Part shown: one piece after another, positions 27,662 to 37,886 of the stretch
Position numbering within the stretch: the stretch's first letter is position 1
Layout of the letters: each line of letters opens with the position of its first letter
Assembly: GCA_050117845.1 (NCBI GenBank)
Contig: JASFLY010000017.1
Coordinates: forward strand, 1-56,522
From: Candidatus Zixiibacteriota bacterium
Lineage (GTDB): Bacteria > RBG-13-66-14 > B26-G2 > WVWN01
Direction of reading: 5' to 3'
Length of the DNA: 56,522 bases
Program-made: the position numbers and the translations under genes
Notes under the pieces: generated by a model
The model's input: the letters and a program-made list of their open reading frames with translations, nothing else
What the model was told of the DNA's origin: nothing
The model's database searches: none

Positions 27662-27755
27662 GGACGTTACGATTTGCCTTGCGAAGCGGATACCCGATTG
27701 CTATATTTCGGCTAACACACGCTCATTTCTTTCTCGGCAAGGAGGATTTCCGAAT

Positions 27756-28751
27756 ATGGCGATAAAAATAGGCATCAACGGTTTCGGCAGGATAGGACGG
27801 CAGGTCCTACGGATTATGGTCGAACGGGGCGGCTTCGACGTCGTCGGCGTCAACGATCTCACCGACGCGGCGACGTTGGCGCACCTTCTCAAGTACGACT
27901 CGGTCCACGGCCGCTTCGACGCGGACGTGTCCGTCGACGGCAACGACATCGTCGTGAACGGCGACCGCGTACGCGTCATGGCCGAGAAAGACCCGGCCAA
28001 TCTCCCCTGGAAGGACCTCGGCGCCGAGATAGTCATTGAGTCCACCGGCAAATTCCGCGACCGCGACGGCGCCGGCAAGCACATAGCCGGCGGCGCGAAG
28101 CGCGTCCTCATCAGCGCCCCCGCCAAGGAGCCCGACTGGACCGTCGTCCTGGGCGTCAACGACGACGAGTACGACGCCGAAAAGCACTTCATCATCTCGA
28201 ACGCCAGTTGCACCACCAACTGCCTCGCGCCCGTGGCCAAGGTGCTCTTCGATACGTACGGCATCGAGTCCGGCATCATGACCACCATCCACGCCTACAC
28301 CAACGACCAGCGCATCCTCGACTTCCCCCACAAGGACCTCCGGCGGGCCCGGGCCGCCGCCGTCTCGATGATTCCGACGACCACCGGCGCCGCCAAGGCC
28401 ATCGGCCTCGTCATCCCGGAACTCAAGGGCAAGCTGGACGGCTTCGCCGTGCGCGTCCCCACCCCCAACGTCTCGCTCGTGGACCTCACCTGCGTGCTCT
28501 CGAAGGACGCCGACGCCGACGGCATCAACGACGCGATGCGCAAGGCCGCCGCCGGCCCCATGAAGGGCATCCTCGACGTTTCGGACGAGCCGCTCGTCTC
28601 CATCGATTACAACCACTCCGCGGTTTCGTCGACGGTGGACGCCGAGATGACGAAAGTCCTCGATAAACGCCTCGCGAAGATAGTCTCGTGGTACGACAAC
28701 GAGTGGGGCTACGCCGTTCGCCTCGTGGACCTCGCCGTAAAAGTGGGGTAG
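27756..28751 (+). CDS. gap: glyceraldehyde-3-phosphate dehydrogenase
   Basis: [17 protein letters not shown] ... [10 protein letters not shown] catalytic-Cys motif. Confidence 0.92.
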   Translation: MAIKIGINGFGRIGRQVLRIMVERGGFDVVGVNDLTDAATLAHLLKYDSVHGRFDADVSVDGNDIVVNGDRVRVMAEKDPANLPWKDLGAEIVIESTGKFRDRDGAGKHIAGGAKRVLISAPAKEPDWTVVLGVNDDEYDAEKHFIISNASCTTNCLAPVAKVLFDTYGIESGIMTTIHAYTNDQRILDFPHKDLRRARAAAVSMIPTTTGAAKAIGLVIPELKGKLDGFAVRVPTPNVSLVDLTCVLSKDADADGINDAMRKAAAGPMKGILDVSDEPLVSIDYNHSAVSSTVDAEMTKVLDKRLAKIVSWYDNEWGYAVRLVDLAVKVG

Positions 28752-28756
28752 AGAGT

Positions 28757-29932
28757 ATGCCGGTAAAAACGATCGACGACGTCGACGTGGCAGGGAAACG
28801 CGTTCTCGTCCGGGCCGACCTCAACGTGCCGCTTTCGGAAGGCCGGGTGGCCGACGACACCCGCATCGTCGCGACGCTGCCCACCGTAAAAAAGCTCATC
28901 GCCGACGGCGGCAGGGTAATCCTCTGTTCGCACCTCGGCCGGCCAAAGGGAGAGGTCAAACCGGAATACAGCCTCGCGCCGGTAGCGGACATACTGCGCG
29001 AAAAACTCGGGCAAGACGTGGCGTTTGTGGAGGCGTGCGGGGGGCCCGAGGCCGAAGCCGCGGCGAACGCCCTCGCCGACGGCGACGTGCTCTTGCTCGA
29101 GAATACGCGCTTCTGGCCGGGCGAAACGGACAACGACCCGGCGTTCGCGAAGGGCCTGGCGGTGCTGGCGGACGTCTTCGTCGACGACGCCTTCGGCACC
29201 GCGCACCGCAAGCACGCGTCGAACTACGGCGTGGCGGAACTCGTCAAGCCGGCGGTAGCGGGATACCTCCTGGCGAAGGAGATACAGTATTTCGACAAGC
29301 TGTTGGAGAATCCGCCCCGGCCTCTCATCTTCGTGTTGGGCGGGGCGAAGTTGAGCACGAAGCTGGCCGTCGTGACCAACATGCTCGAAGCGGTGGACCA
29401 CTTCCTCATCGGCGGCGGCATGGCCTATACCTTCCTCAAGGCCCGGGGCCATAATATCGGCTCGTCGCTGGTGGAGGACGACTTCCTGGGCGAGGCGGAG
29501 AAGGTCCTGGCCGCGGCGAACGAGAAGATAGAACTCCCCGGGGACCACGTCATCGCCGCGGCGCCGGACGACCCGGTGTCGTCCCGGGCGGTCGATTGCC
29601 CGGATATCCCGGACGGGTACGTCGGCGTGGACATCGGCGCCGAAACGACGCAGCGCTTCACGGCCGCCACGGTAGGAGCCGGAGCGATATTCTGGAACGG
29701 CCCGATGGGGGTATTCGAGGTGGCGGCCTTCGCGGACGGCACGCGCGAGGTGGCCCGAGCCATCGCCGATTCGGGGGCCGTAACGGTCGCCGGCGGCGGC
29801 GAGACGGTCCAGGCCGCCCGGCAGTTCGGCGTCGCCGACCGCCTAAGCCATATTTCGACCGGCGGCGGGGCTTCCCTCAAGTATCTGGAGGGCAAGCCGC
29901 TCGCGGCCATAGAGGTATTGGACCGAAAGTAA
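28757..29932 (+). CDS. pgk: phosphoglycerate kinase
   Basis: KRVLVRADLNVPL ... the N-terminal PGK signature. 391 aa. Directly downstream of gap. Confidence 0.92.
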   Translation: MPVKTIDDVDVAGKRVLVRADLNVPLSEGRVADDTRIVATLPTVKKLIADGGRVILCSHLGRPKGEVKPEYSLAPVADILREKLGQDVAFVEACGGPEAEAAANALADGDVLLLENTRFWPGETDNDPAFAKGLAVLADVFVDDAFGTAHRKHASNYGVAELVKPAVAGYLLAKEIQYFDKLLENPPRPLIFVLGGAKLSTKLAVVTNMLEAVDHFLIGGGMAYTFLKARGHNIGSSLVEDDFLGEAEKVLAAANEKIELPGDHVIAAAPDDPVSSRAVDCPDIPDGYVGVDIGAETTQRFTAATVGAGAIFWNGPMGVFEVAAFADGTREVARAIADSGAVTVAGGGETVQAARQFGVADRLSHISTGGGASLKYLEGKPLAAIEVLDRK

Positions 29933-29960
29933 AACTAGAATATATAGTAAAATCGGAACG

Positions 29961-29985
29961 AGCCGGCCTTAGGGCCGGCTTTTTT
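29961..29985 (+). terminator. rho-independent terminator after pgk
   Basis: GCCGGCC-TTAG-GGCCGGC hairpin followed by a T6 tract. Confidence 0.55.
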
Positions 29986-30009
29986 ATTGGGGAAAGCGGC
30001 ACTTTAGGC

Positions 30010-30038
30010 TTGACTACCCGGAATGGGTATTATATTAT
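30010..30038 (+). promoter_or_regulatory. sigma70-like promoter TTGACT-N17-TATTAT for the efflux module
   Basis: Read from the sequence, ~80 nt upstream of the MFP start. Confidence 0.35.
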
Positions 30039-30118
30039 ACTAACCAGTAAGTACACTTTTGAACTAAGCGGTCACATTCACTGGAGGGCACGTCTCAACT
30101 GGTGCCGAGGAAATCAAT

Positions 30119-31018
30119 ATGCGGAAATGGATGATTTGGGCTCTCGTAGCCGTCGTAGCGCTTATAGTCGTTTGGCGGGTCATCGCCTTCGTTAATCGGG
30201 ATAAAGATTTGGCGGAAGATACTACTCCCGTGGTTTTGGCGTCGCCGGCAAGGGTCACGCCTTACGAGGAGTCGCTGGTATTCTACGGAACGCTTGAACC
30301 CCGGGACCAGGTGATGGTCTTTCCGGACGCCCCGGGGAAGGTTATCAGTTTCGCGGTGCGCGAGGGGACGGCGGTCGGCAAGGGTACGACGATAGCCACG
30401 GTGGACCGGGCCATCGCCGGCCTGGACTACAAACCCCTGGTGGTCGCTTCGCCGGCGTACGGCGTCGTGGCCGAGGTGCTGGTCGACCCCGGTATGCAGG
30501 TCGCGCCCAGCACGCCGATGGCGAAGATATACCGGACGAAAGACCTCATTTTGCCGCTCGACGTGGGGGAGAAGGACTTCCCCAAGATCGAAGTCGGCCA
30601 GAAGGTGAAGATAACTTTCGCGACGTTCCCCGACGAAGTCTTCGAAGGCGAAGTCAAGAGGATATTTCCCGCGCTGGATCCGCTCAGCCACATGGTCCGG
30701 GCGGAGGTTACGATAAACGATGCCGAGCGCGAGTTGCGGGCGGGGATGTTCGCCCGGGCCGACATCTCGGTGGGGTATCGCGAGGAAGTATTGTTCGTAC
30801 CTCGCGAGGCCGTCAGCCGGGAAGGCGAAGAGACCTTCGTTTGGGGGCTCGACGGCGGCAAGCTGGCGCGCCGGCCGGTTTGCGTCGGCGCCGTTTGCGG
30901 CGACGCGGTGGAGATAAAGGAAGGTTTGAAGGAAGGGGATCTGGTCGTCGTGCGGGGCGGCGAGGGGCTAGGTGACGGCGTGGCGGTCCACGTGGAAGAA
31001 AGAGGGTGGGCCGAGTGA
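30119..31018 (+). CDS. efflux RND transporter periplasmic adaptor subunit (membrane fusion protein)
   Basis: N-terminal TM anchor, then biotinyl/lipoyl-like and beta-barrel MFP domains (HlyD-like). Precedes the RND pump with overlap. Confidence 0.75.
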   Translation: MRKWMIWALVAVVALIVVWRVIAFVNRDKDLAEDTTPVVLASPARVTPYEESLVFYGTLEPRDQVMVFPDAPGKVISFAVREGTAVGKGTTIATVDRAIAGLDYKPLVVASPAYGVVAEVLVDPGMQVAPSTPMAKIYRTKDLILPLDVGEKDFPKIEVGQKVKITFATFPDEVFEGEVKRIFPALDPLSHMVRAEVTINDAERELRAGMFARADISVGYREEVLFVPREAVSREGEETFVWGLDGGKLARRPVCVGAVCGDAVEIKEGLKEGDLVVVRGGEGLGDGVAVHVEERGWAE

Positions 31019-34000
31019 AGATCCCGGAATTCGCGGTTCGGCGGCCGGTCAGCACGCTTATGCTGACGCTGGCCATCGTGGTCGTGGGGGTAGTGGGCCT
31101 GACGCAACTCCCCATCGACCTCCTGCCGGATATCAGCTATCCCGTGGTGACGGTTATAACGAGTTACGAGGGGTTGGGCCCCTACGACGTCGAGCGCCTG
31201 ATATCGGAACCGGTCGAGAGCTCGCTCAGTACGGTTTCCGACGTAAAGCACGTTACGTCCGTCTCGGAAAAGGGCGTATCGGTGGTGACCGTGGAATTCG
31301 ATTGGGGGACCAACGTAGACGAGGCAACCAACGAAGTCCGCGACCGCCTGAATTCGGTCGAAGCGTATTTGCCGGAAGGCGCCGACGACCCCATTATATA
31401 TAAAATGGATATCAAGGCGATGCCGGTAATGCTGCTCAAGGTGTACAGCGACGCCGGCCGCGATTCCTCCGAACTCCGAACGTACGCCGAGGATATCGTG
31501 AAGCCGGGGCTGGAGCAAATCGACGGCGTCGGCATGGCGATGGTCATGGGGGGCCGCGAGCCCGAGTTCAACGTTCGGGTGGAGCGGGCCGCGCTCGAGG
31601 CTTATAACGTCGATTGGCGCGAGGTGATGACGCGGCTCCAGGCCGAGAACGTGAGTCTGGGCGTGGGCAAAATAACGTACGGTATGACCGAATACACCGT
31701 GCGTTCTCTCGGCGAGTTCACGACCGCGGAGGATATCGGCGCGGTCGTCGTCGCCAATAGGGGCGGGAAGGTCATCCGGGTGCGGGACGTCGCGACCGTC
31801 GAGGACGGCTTCAAGGAGCGGGACGGGTACACGCTGACCGGGCGGGCGGAGAGCGTCATCGTAATGATCCGCAAGCAGGGCAACGCCAACACGGTGGAAG
31901 TGGCGGACGATGTAATGGCGGTCTTGCCCGACGTCGAGAAGCGTTTGCCCGGCGACGTGCGCGTGGGGCAGGCCTTCGACATGTCGTATATGATCAAGAA
32001 CTCCATTCGCAACGTCATGTGGGCGGGGCTGGAGGGGGCCCTTCTGGCCTTCCTCATAGTTTTCGTTTTCCTGCGCAACGTGCGGCCCACGTTGGTCGTC
32101 ATAGTGGCGATTCCGACGTCGGTCCTGTTCGCGCTGGGATTCATGTATTTCGGCGGCTTTACGATCAACGTCATGACGCTCGGGGGGTTGACGGTCGCGC
32201 TGGGCCGATTGGTGGACGACTCCATTGTCGTCACGGAAAATACCTTCCGGCACCTCGCCGTGGGCCGAACGCGCCACGAGGCCGCGGAAAAGGGCGCCTC
32301 CGAAGTGGGAATGGCCATTACGGCCTCCACGCTGGTTACCGTAATCGTTTTCCTGCCGCTCATTTTCGTGAAGGGCATCACCGGCGTCATCTTCAAGTCC
32401 TTCGCCCTTACGGTTACGGCGGCGATGTTGGCCTCTCTGTTCGTCGCCCTCACGGTCGTGCCGATGTTCGCCTCGCGCTTCCTCTCCGCGCGGGCCGGCG
32501 TCGAAAAGGAGTCGGGCATATTCCACCGATTCCGGGAGTGGTACGGCCGGGTGTTGTCCTGGTGCCTTGAGAGGAAAGGCCGGGTCGTCGGCGCCGCGAT
32601 GGCGGCGTTCGCGGCGAGCCTGCTCCTCTTGCTGGTCGTGGATACGGAATTCATGCCGGAAGGCGAGGAGTCGGAATTTATAGTTACCGTGGAGTTGCCG
32701 CAGGGGACGCCCCTGGAGGAGACGGAGCGCGCGGTGGCGCCGCTCTACGATTACGTCCTCGGCCTGGACGGCATCGATTCCGAAGTCATACTGATGGGCG
32801 AAATATCGTCGGACGCCCGCGGGATGAGCATGGGGAACGTGAAGCCGGGCCCCAATACCGCGATCTTGATGGTGTCGCTGGGAGAGGAGGGCGATTACCG
32901 GGAATTCATGAGCGGCTTCAGGTGGGAAGCGCGGAAGATAGCGGGCGCCCGTACCGAGGTCGGGTCGATGTCGGATCTCATGATGGGCGGCGGTAAGCCC
33001 GTGAGTATCGAGATAACCGGTTACGAAGTGGACGAGTTGACCCGCTATGCCGGGGAGGCCGAGCGTCGGATGGGGAAGGTCCGCGGCATTGCGGACGTCG
33101 ATAACAGCATGGCGCGGGGCCGGCCCGAGATAGAGATAGATTACGACCGGCGCAAGGCGGCGGAGATGGGTTTCACGGCCGGGTCCCTCGCGTCCTCGGT
33201 TAGCGTCGCGCTCGAGGGCGAAGTCGTCACGAGGGTCCGGCGCGAGGGTAAGGAGATAGACGTACGTGTCCGCCTCCGCGAGGAGGATCGGCGGACGGTG
33301 GAGGACATCGGCGCCCTTCCGCTCGTGTCGCCGTTGGGGTATACGGTTCCGTTGCGCGAGATAGCCACGATCCGGGAGGTGACGGCGCCCGCGGAAATAA
33401 AGCACAGCGACCAGCGGCGGCTGGCCGAGGTCACCGCCAACATCGAGGGGCGTAGCCTCGGGGCGGTCATCGCCGACGCGCGTACGGCGCTCGAAGGTAT
33501 GGATTTGCCGGCGGGGTACGTGTTAAAATACGCTGGCGAGTATGAACAGATGACCGAGAGTTTCACGTGGCTCGGCGCTATGCTCGCGATGGCGGTGCTG
33601 TTGGTCTATATGATAATGGCCGCCGAATTCGAGTCGCTCGTTCACCCCCTCGCGATAATGTTCGCGATGCCGTTCGCGGCCACCGGCGCTTTACTCGCGC
33701 TGTTCCTCACCGGCGAGAGTTTGGATATAACGGCCTTGATAGGCCTTATAATGCTGATGGGCATAGCGGTCACCAACGCTATCGTCCTGGTGGATTACGT
33801 GAACCAACTCCGGCGGGCGGGGACGCCGCTTCACGAGGCGCTGGTGGAAGGCGCGAAGGTACGGCTCCGGCCGGTGGTAATGACCGCGGTCGCGACCGTT
33901 TTCGCGATGCTCCCGATGGCGCTGGCTCTCCGCGAGGGCCAGGAGCTGGAGCGGAGTATGGCCATAGTCGTGATCGGCGGCCTCGCGACCACCACTGTAC

Positions 34001-34134
34001 TAACGCTGGTGATAGTGCCGCTGGTTTATGCTATCCTGGATAGCTTGGGCGGTACTATAAAAAACAAGTTCGCGAACCTGCTTCATCGAGGAGAAACGGA
34101 GAAGGGGGCCGCCGTTTCCTCGGACGCGTCCTAA
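31006..34134 (+). CDS. efflux RND transporter permease (AcrB/HAE1-like, 12 TM)
   Basis: 1042 aa with the AcrB-like N-terminus IPEFAVRRPVSTLMLTLAIVVVG and repeated TM bundles. GTG start at 31006 or 31015. Confidence 0.9.
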   Translation: MGRVKIPEFAVRRPVSTLMLTLAIVVVGVVGLTQLPIDLLPDISYPVVTVITSYEGLGPYDVERLISEPVESSLSTVSDVKHVTSVSEKGVSVVTVEFDWGTNVDEATNEVRDRLNSVEAYLPEGADDPIIYKMDIKAMPVMLLKVYSDAGRDSSELRTYAEDIVKPGLEQIDGVGMAMVMGGREPEFNVRVERAALEAYNVDWREVMTRLQAENVSLGVGKITYGMTEYTVRSLGEFTTAEDIGAVVVANRGGKVIRVRDVATVEDGFKERDGYTLTGRAESVIVMIRKQGNANTVEVADDVMAVLPDVEKRLPGDVRVGQAFDMSYMIKNSIRNVMWAGLEGALLAFLIVFVFLRNVRPTLVVIVAIPTSVLFALGFMYFGGFTINVMTLGGLTVALGRLVDDSIVVTENTFRHLAVGRTRHEAAEKGASEVGMAITASTLVTVIVFLPLIFVKGITGVIFKSFALTVTAAMLASLFVALTVVPMFASRFLSARAGVEKESGIFHRFREWYGRVLSWCLERKGRVVGAAMAAFAASLLLLLVVDTEFMPEGEESEFIVTVELPQGTPLEETERAVAPLYDYVLGLDGIDSEVILMGEISSDARGMSMGNVKPGPNTAILMVSLGEEGDYREFMSGFRWEARKIAGARTEVGSMSDLMMGGGKPVSIEITGYEVDELTRYAGEAERRMGKVRGIADVDNSMARGRPEIEIDYDRRKAAEMGFTAGSLASSVSVALEGEVVTRVRREGKEIDVRVRLREEDRRTVEDIGALPLVSPLGYTVPLREIATIREVTAPAEIKHSDQRRLAEVTANIEGRSLGAVIADARTALEGMDLPAGYVLKYAGEYEQMTESFTWLGAMLAMAVLLVYMIMAAEFESLVHPLAIMFAMPFAATGALLALFLTGESLDITALIGLIMLMGIAVTNAIVLVDYVNQLRRAGTPLHEALVEGAKVRLRPVVMTAVATVFAMLPMALALREGQELERSMAIVVIGGLATTTVLTLVIVPLVYAILDSLGGTIKNKFANLLHRGETEKGAAVSSDAS

Positions 34135-34145
34135 GGAGGCACGCC

Positions 34146-34781
34146 ATGGCCGAAGATACCAAAACTCCCGTAGTTTCGCGCCGAGAAAGGGAACGGTTGG
34201 CGCACCGGCGCGAAATGCTCGACGCCGCGCGACGGGTCTTCGGCCGTCGGGGTTTCGACCGGGCGACGATGGACGAGATTGCGGAGGAAGCCGGCTTCGC
34301 CAAAGGGACGTTCTATCAACATTTTAAAGACAAGACGGCCCTGTTCATCGTAGTTATCGAGGAGGATTTCAACGAATTAATTAAGGCCATGGACGAGGCG
34401 ATGGCGGCCGCCGACGGCGCGGCGGAAATAGTCAAGGGTTGCGTCACGGCCGAGTTGAAATACTTCGAAAGAAGGAAGGAATTTTACGATATCTTCGTCT
34501 CCCACTGGCCGACCAGCTTCACGGGCGAAATCGACGCCTTGCGCCAGGCGATGCTCAAGCGGGTGGAGGAGTTGACGAGTTCCCTCGCCCGACATTTGAA
34601 GAGGGGCGTCGACAAGGGGGAGATAAAACCGTACGACGTGCGTTTACTCGCCACTCTCCTTATGGGAATGGCGTCCTCTTATAGCTACGAAGTCCTGACC
34701 GGAAAAGCGAACTACTCCATCGAAGAGGCCGCGGAAACCATCGCGAATATATATATGGATGGCGTTCGCGCCGACCGTTAA
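34146..34781 (+). CDS. TetR/AcrR family transcriptional regulator
   Basis: HTH TetR N-terminal motif RRVFGRRGFDRATMDEIAEEAGFAKGTFYQHFKDK. Confidence 0.8.
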   Translation: MAEDTKTPVVSRRERERLAHRREMLDAARRVFGRRGFDRATMDEIAEEAGFAKGTFYQHFKDKTALFIVVIEEDFNELIKAMDEAMAAADGAAEIVKGCVTAELKYFERRKEFYDIFVSHWPTSFTGEIDALRQAMLKRVEELTSSLARHLKRGVDKGEIKPYDVRLLATLLMGMASSYSYEVLTGKANYSIEEAAETIANIYMDGVRADR

Positions 34782-34943
34782 AAGTGGGGGGCGCCGCCGG
34801 CCCGGCCTTTATTTTATGGCCGTAGTACGTCCCGGAACGAGAGTGGGGATTTTTGATTTGCCGTAACCGCCTTTTTATGGTATAGTCGGTTCGTTAACTG
34901 CCCTCTCTGGTCCAATTATTGACCCATCGGTCGATTTGTTGAT

Positions 34944-35594
34944 ATGTCTGAGGAAAAAAGAAAACCCGGCCGCCGAGAACGAGAGAAATTAACACGGCGT
35001 CAGGAAATACTTAACGCGGCGCGTAAGATATTCGGAGCCCGGGGTTACGAAGGCGCGACGCTGGACGAAGTGGCCCGTGAGGCGGAGTTCGCTAAAGGGA
35101 CGCTTTATAGTTATTTCGACTCCAAAGCCGAATTGTTCACGGCTTTAATGGAATACGAATTCGGCGAACTGACGGACAGGGCGGAAGAAGCTTTGACGGG
35201 GGAAAAGGATACCGTCCGGGCCGTACAGGCAACAATAGTCGCTTTCCTCACGTATTTCGAGGAGAGGATGGACTTCTTCCGCGCGGCGATAGCCCTACAC
35301 AAGTCCGGTTTACACGATGACGTCGAGGTCGTACACGATAAATTCATGCAGCACTTCGGCAGAATAGGCGCGCTACTCGCCGGGAAATTGGCCGAAGGTG
35401 CCCGGGGCGGCGTAATCAAGGAATACGATTCCGGCCTTCTCGGCTTTTTACTCCTGGGAATGGTACATTATTACGCGGCATATATCTTGAAGTTCGGGAG
35501 CGATCGGGCGCGTACCGACGCCGCCGAAATGCTTTCCGACATATATTTGGACGGCGTGCGGACCTTGGCCGCGTGCCGGCCGGAGGAACGATGA
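34944..35594 (+). CDS. TetR/AcrR family transcriptional regulator (second paralog)
   Basis: RKIFGARGYEGATLDEVAREAEFAKGTLYSYFDSK is the HTH motif. The overall architecture is the same as 34146..34781. Confidence 0.8.
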   Translation: MSEEKRKPGRREREKLTRRQEILNAARKIFGARGYEGATLDEVAREAEFAKGTLYSYFDSKAELFTALMEYEFGELTDRAEEALTGEKDTVRAVQATIVAFLTYFEERMDFFRAAIALHKSGLHDDVEVVHDKFMQHFGRIGALLAGKLAEGARGGVIKEYDSGLLGFLLLGMVHYYAAYILKFGSDRARTDAAEMLSDIYLDGVRTLAACRPEER

Positions 35595-36937
35595 ACAAGG
35601 TTAAATGGTTAACGGCTATTATTGCGCTCGCGGCCGGGATAACGCTCGCGGCCGACGAACCGATGACGCTGACGCTTCGCGAGGCGGTGGACCGGGCGCT
35701 CGAGGTCGACGAAACTTACCGCTCGGCGGCCGAGGACGTCGTGATCGCCGAGGCGCAGATTAAAGAGGCCAAGTCGGCCCTCTATCCCCGGGTCACGCTG
35801 GACGCGTCGGCGACCAAGATATACGGCATCGGGGCCATCGTCATGCCCGCCGATTCCTTCGGGCCGGGGTTTCCTCCCGAGGACGTCAACATCGATATGG
35901 GCTACGACGAGAACCTGGCCGCCGGCATAACCGCCACCCAGCCGTTGTACCAGGGCGGCCGGGCGTGGACGGCGTATAGGGCGTCCAAGGCCTATTACGA
36001 TCTGGCCAACGAGGCCCGAAGGCAGGCGTATTCCGACACGGTGTACGAGGTGGTCAAGGCGTACTACGACGCCGTGCTGGCGGCGGAGGCGGTGGGCGTC
36101 GCGGACACCGGCGTCGCCGTCGCCGGGAGCCACGTCCAGGCGACGGAGGACCGCTACGACGCGGGCCTCGTTTCCGAGTACGACGTGCTGCGGGCGCGGG
36201 TGGAACTCTCCAATCTGGAGACGTCGCGCCACCTGGCCGAAGACGGCCGCGCCGCGGCCGCCCGCTATTTACTATCCAAATTGAACCTGCCGCCCGAAAC
36301 CGAACTGGCGATGGTCGACCGGCTGTCGTACGATCTGGCGGTGTACGACCTCGAGGAGTCGCTCGTGGCGGCGGAGGACAATAGGCCGGAATTGGCTCAG
36401 CTCGAGTTAACCCGTCGCTTGGCGGAGGAGAATATAAAAATCGCCCGGGCGGGCGATAATCCGGGGTTGTATTTCACGGCGAACTTTCAGGAATACGCGA
36501 ACGATTTCACTCTCGATTTCGGCGACGAGTGGCAGGATCAGACGACGTTGAATCTCTCCTTTTCGTGGCCTATCTTCGACGGTTTCGCGACGCGCAGCCG
36601 CGTGCGGCAGGCGCGGGCCGATCTGTACAAGGCCGAGCTGAATCAGAACCAGTTGGAGGAAGGTATCGACATGGAGGTGCGGGCCGCGTACGACGCCCTT
36701 AAAACAGCCGAGGGCACGGTCCGGACCAGCAAGGAGAACGTAACGCTCGCGGAGCGGGGCCTGGAAATCGCGCAGGCCCGTTACGACGCAGGTCTGATGT
36801 CGAACCTGGAGGTTTTGGATGCCCAGGCGGCGCTGACGCAAGCGCGCCTCGGCTACTACGAAGCCTTGCACGGATACGCCGTGGCCAAACTCAATATGAT
36901 GCGGGCCCGCGGCGAATTAGACGAAGCCCAATTCTAA
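35591..36937 (+). CDS. TolC-family outer membrane efflux protein
   Basis: Signal peptide MNKVKWLTAIIALAAG. Two OEP repeats with coiled-coil alpha-helical barrel segments. ATG overlaps the TetR stop. Confidence 0.8.
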   Translation: MNKVKWLTAIIALAAGITLAADEPMTLTLREAVDRALEVDETYRSAAEDVVIAEAQIKEAKSALYPRVTLDASATKIYGIGAIVMPADSFGPGFPPEDVNIDMGYDENLAAGITATQPLYQGGRAWTAYRASKAYYDLANEARRQAYSDTVYEVVKAYYDAVLAAEAVGVADTGVAVAGSHVQATEDRYDAGLVSEYDVLRARVELSNLETSRHLAEDGRAAAARYLLSKLNLPPETELAMVDRLSYDLAVYDLEESLVAAEDNRPELAQLELTRRLAEENIKIARAGDNPGLYFTANFQEYANDFTLDFGDEWQDQTTLNLSFSWPIFDGFATRSRVRQARADLYKAELNQNQLEEGIDMEVRAAYDALKTAEGTVRTSKENVTLAERGLEIAQARYDAGLMSNLEVLDAQAALTQARLGYYEALHGYAVAKLNMMRARGELDEAQF

Positions 36938-36963
36938 GGAGGAGTTGGGGAATACCCAAAAAA

Positions 36964-36999
36964 GGACGGCCGCTTCTTTGGCGGCCGTCCCGTTTTTTT
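36964..36999. terminator. bidirectional rho-independent terminator between convergent TolC gene and rpmE
   Basis: A-tract, then GGACGGCCGC-TTCTTTG-GCGGCCGTCC hairpin, then a T7 tract. Confidence 0.6.
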
Positions 37000-37013
37000 A
37001 GGCAGTAGTAACT

Positions 37014-37529
37014 TTATTCTTCGGTCTTCTCTTCGGCCGGAGCCGCACCCTCCGTTTCGGCCGGAGTCGTAGCCTCCGTTTCGGCCGGAGTCGTAGCTTC
37101 GGTTTCGGCCGGAGCGGCAGGCTCGGTTTCCACGGGAGCGGGGGCTTCCGTTTTACCGGGTGTTTCCGCTTTAACTTCAGTCTCCGCTTTGGCCTTCGGG
37201 GGGGCCGGCGCCTTGGCTTTACGCTTGGCCTCGGCCTTCTCCCTGGCTTTCTTCTTCTTGCCCGTCCGCGCTTCCTTCTCTTCGCGGATCTTATCGCCGC
37301 GGGCTATGGCGTCGGCGGTGGAGCCCTCGTCACCGAGGCCGTAGCGCTTGCGGAAGCGGTCGACACGGCCGGCGGTGTCGACGAGCTTTTGCTTACCCGT
37401 GTAGAACGGGTGGCAATTGGAACATATTTCTACGTTGACGCCCGGGCGGGTGGTCCGTATTTCAACCTCGTTACCGCAGGCGCAACGAATGATGGCGAGC
37501 TCGTATTCGGGATGTATGTCTTTTTTCAT
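37014..37529 (-). CDS. rpmE: 50S ribosomal protein L31 with ~100-aa low-complexity C-terminal extension
   Basis: [64 protein letters not shown] matches L31 (CxxC...CxxC zinc type). It continues into a Lys/Ala/Glu/Pro/Thr-rich tail with PAETEATT repeats. The track ORF extends further upstream, but the first in-family Met is at 37529. Confidence 0.75.
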   Translation of the reverse strand: MKKDIHPEYELAIIRCACGNEVEIRTTRPGVNVEICSNCHPFYTGKQKLVDTAGRVDRFRKRYGLGDEGSTADAIARGDKIREEKEARTGKKKKAREKAEAKRKAKAPAPPKAKAETEVKAETPGKTEAPAPVETEPAAPAETEATTPAETEATTPAETEGAAPAEEKTEE

Positions 37530-37851
37530 TTTGTCCGTCAACCTTCCATTCGAAAATAATCGACGCGAAATATAACACAAACGGCCGCGTATCGCAATAT
37601 AATTTTGCATTATGAGTTGGGGGTTACGATTTATGGAACCGTTTCTATTATCCGCGAGGCCATTCCTACGTATTTCTTTGCGGAGTAGGCTTGAATGATA
37701 ATAGTTCGTACTATTAATAAATGTCAAAAAAGCGATTGACAAATGTCGCGTAATATATTAAGCTACGGCATGATAATTTTTTTATTACGACGCGACCATG
37801 ATACTAATCGCTTCACAAAGGGTTAGGTTGGTTGCTGACCCTATTTTCAAC

Positions 37852-37870
37852 ATATCGGTAATACCGATAT
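37852..37870 (+). promoter_or_regulatory. perfect 9-bp-arm palindrome ATATCGGTA-A-TACCGATAT, 17 nt upstream of the paralog-1 start codon
   Basis: Read from the sequence. A degenerate version (ATATTTCGGTAATGCTTATAT) is present at the same position upstream of paralog 2. Confidence 0.35.
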
Positions 37871-37886
37871 TAACAAGGAGGGCACG

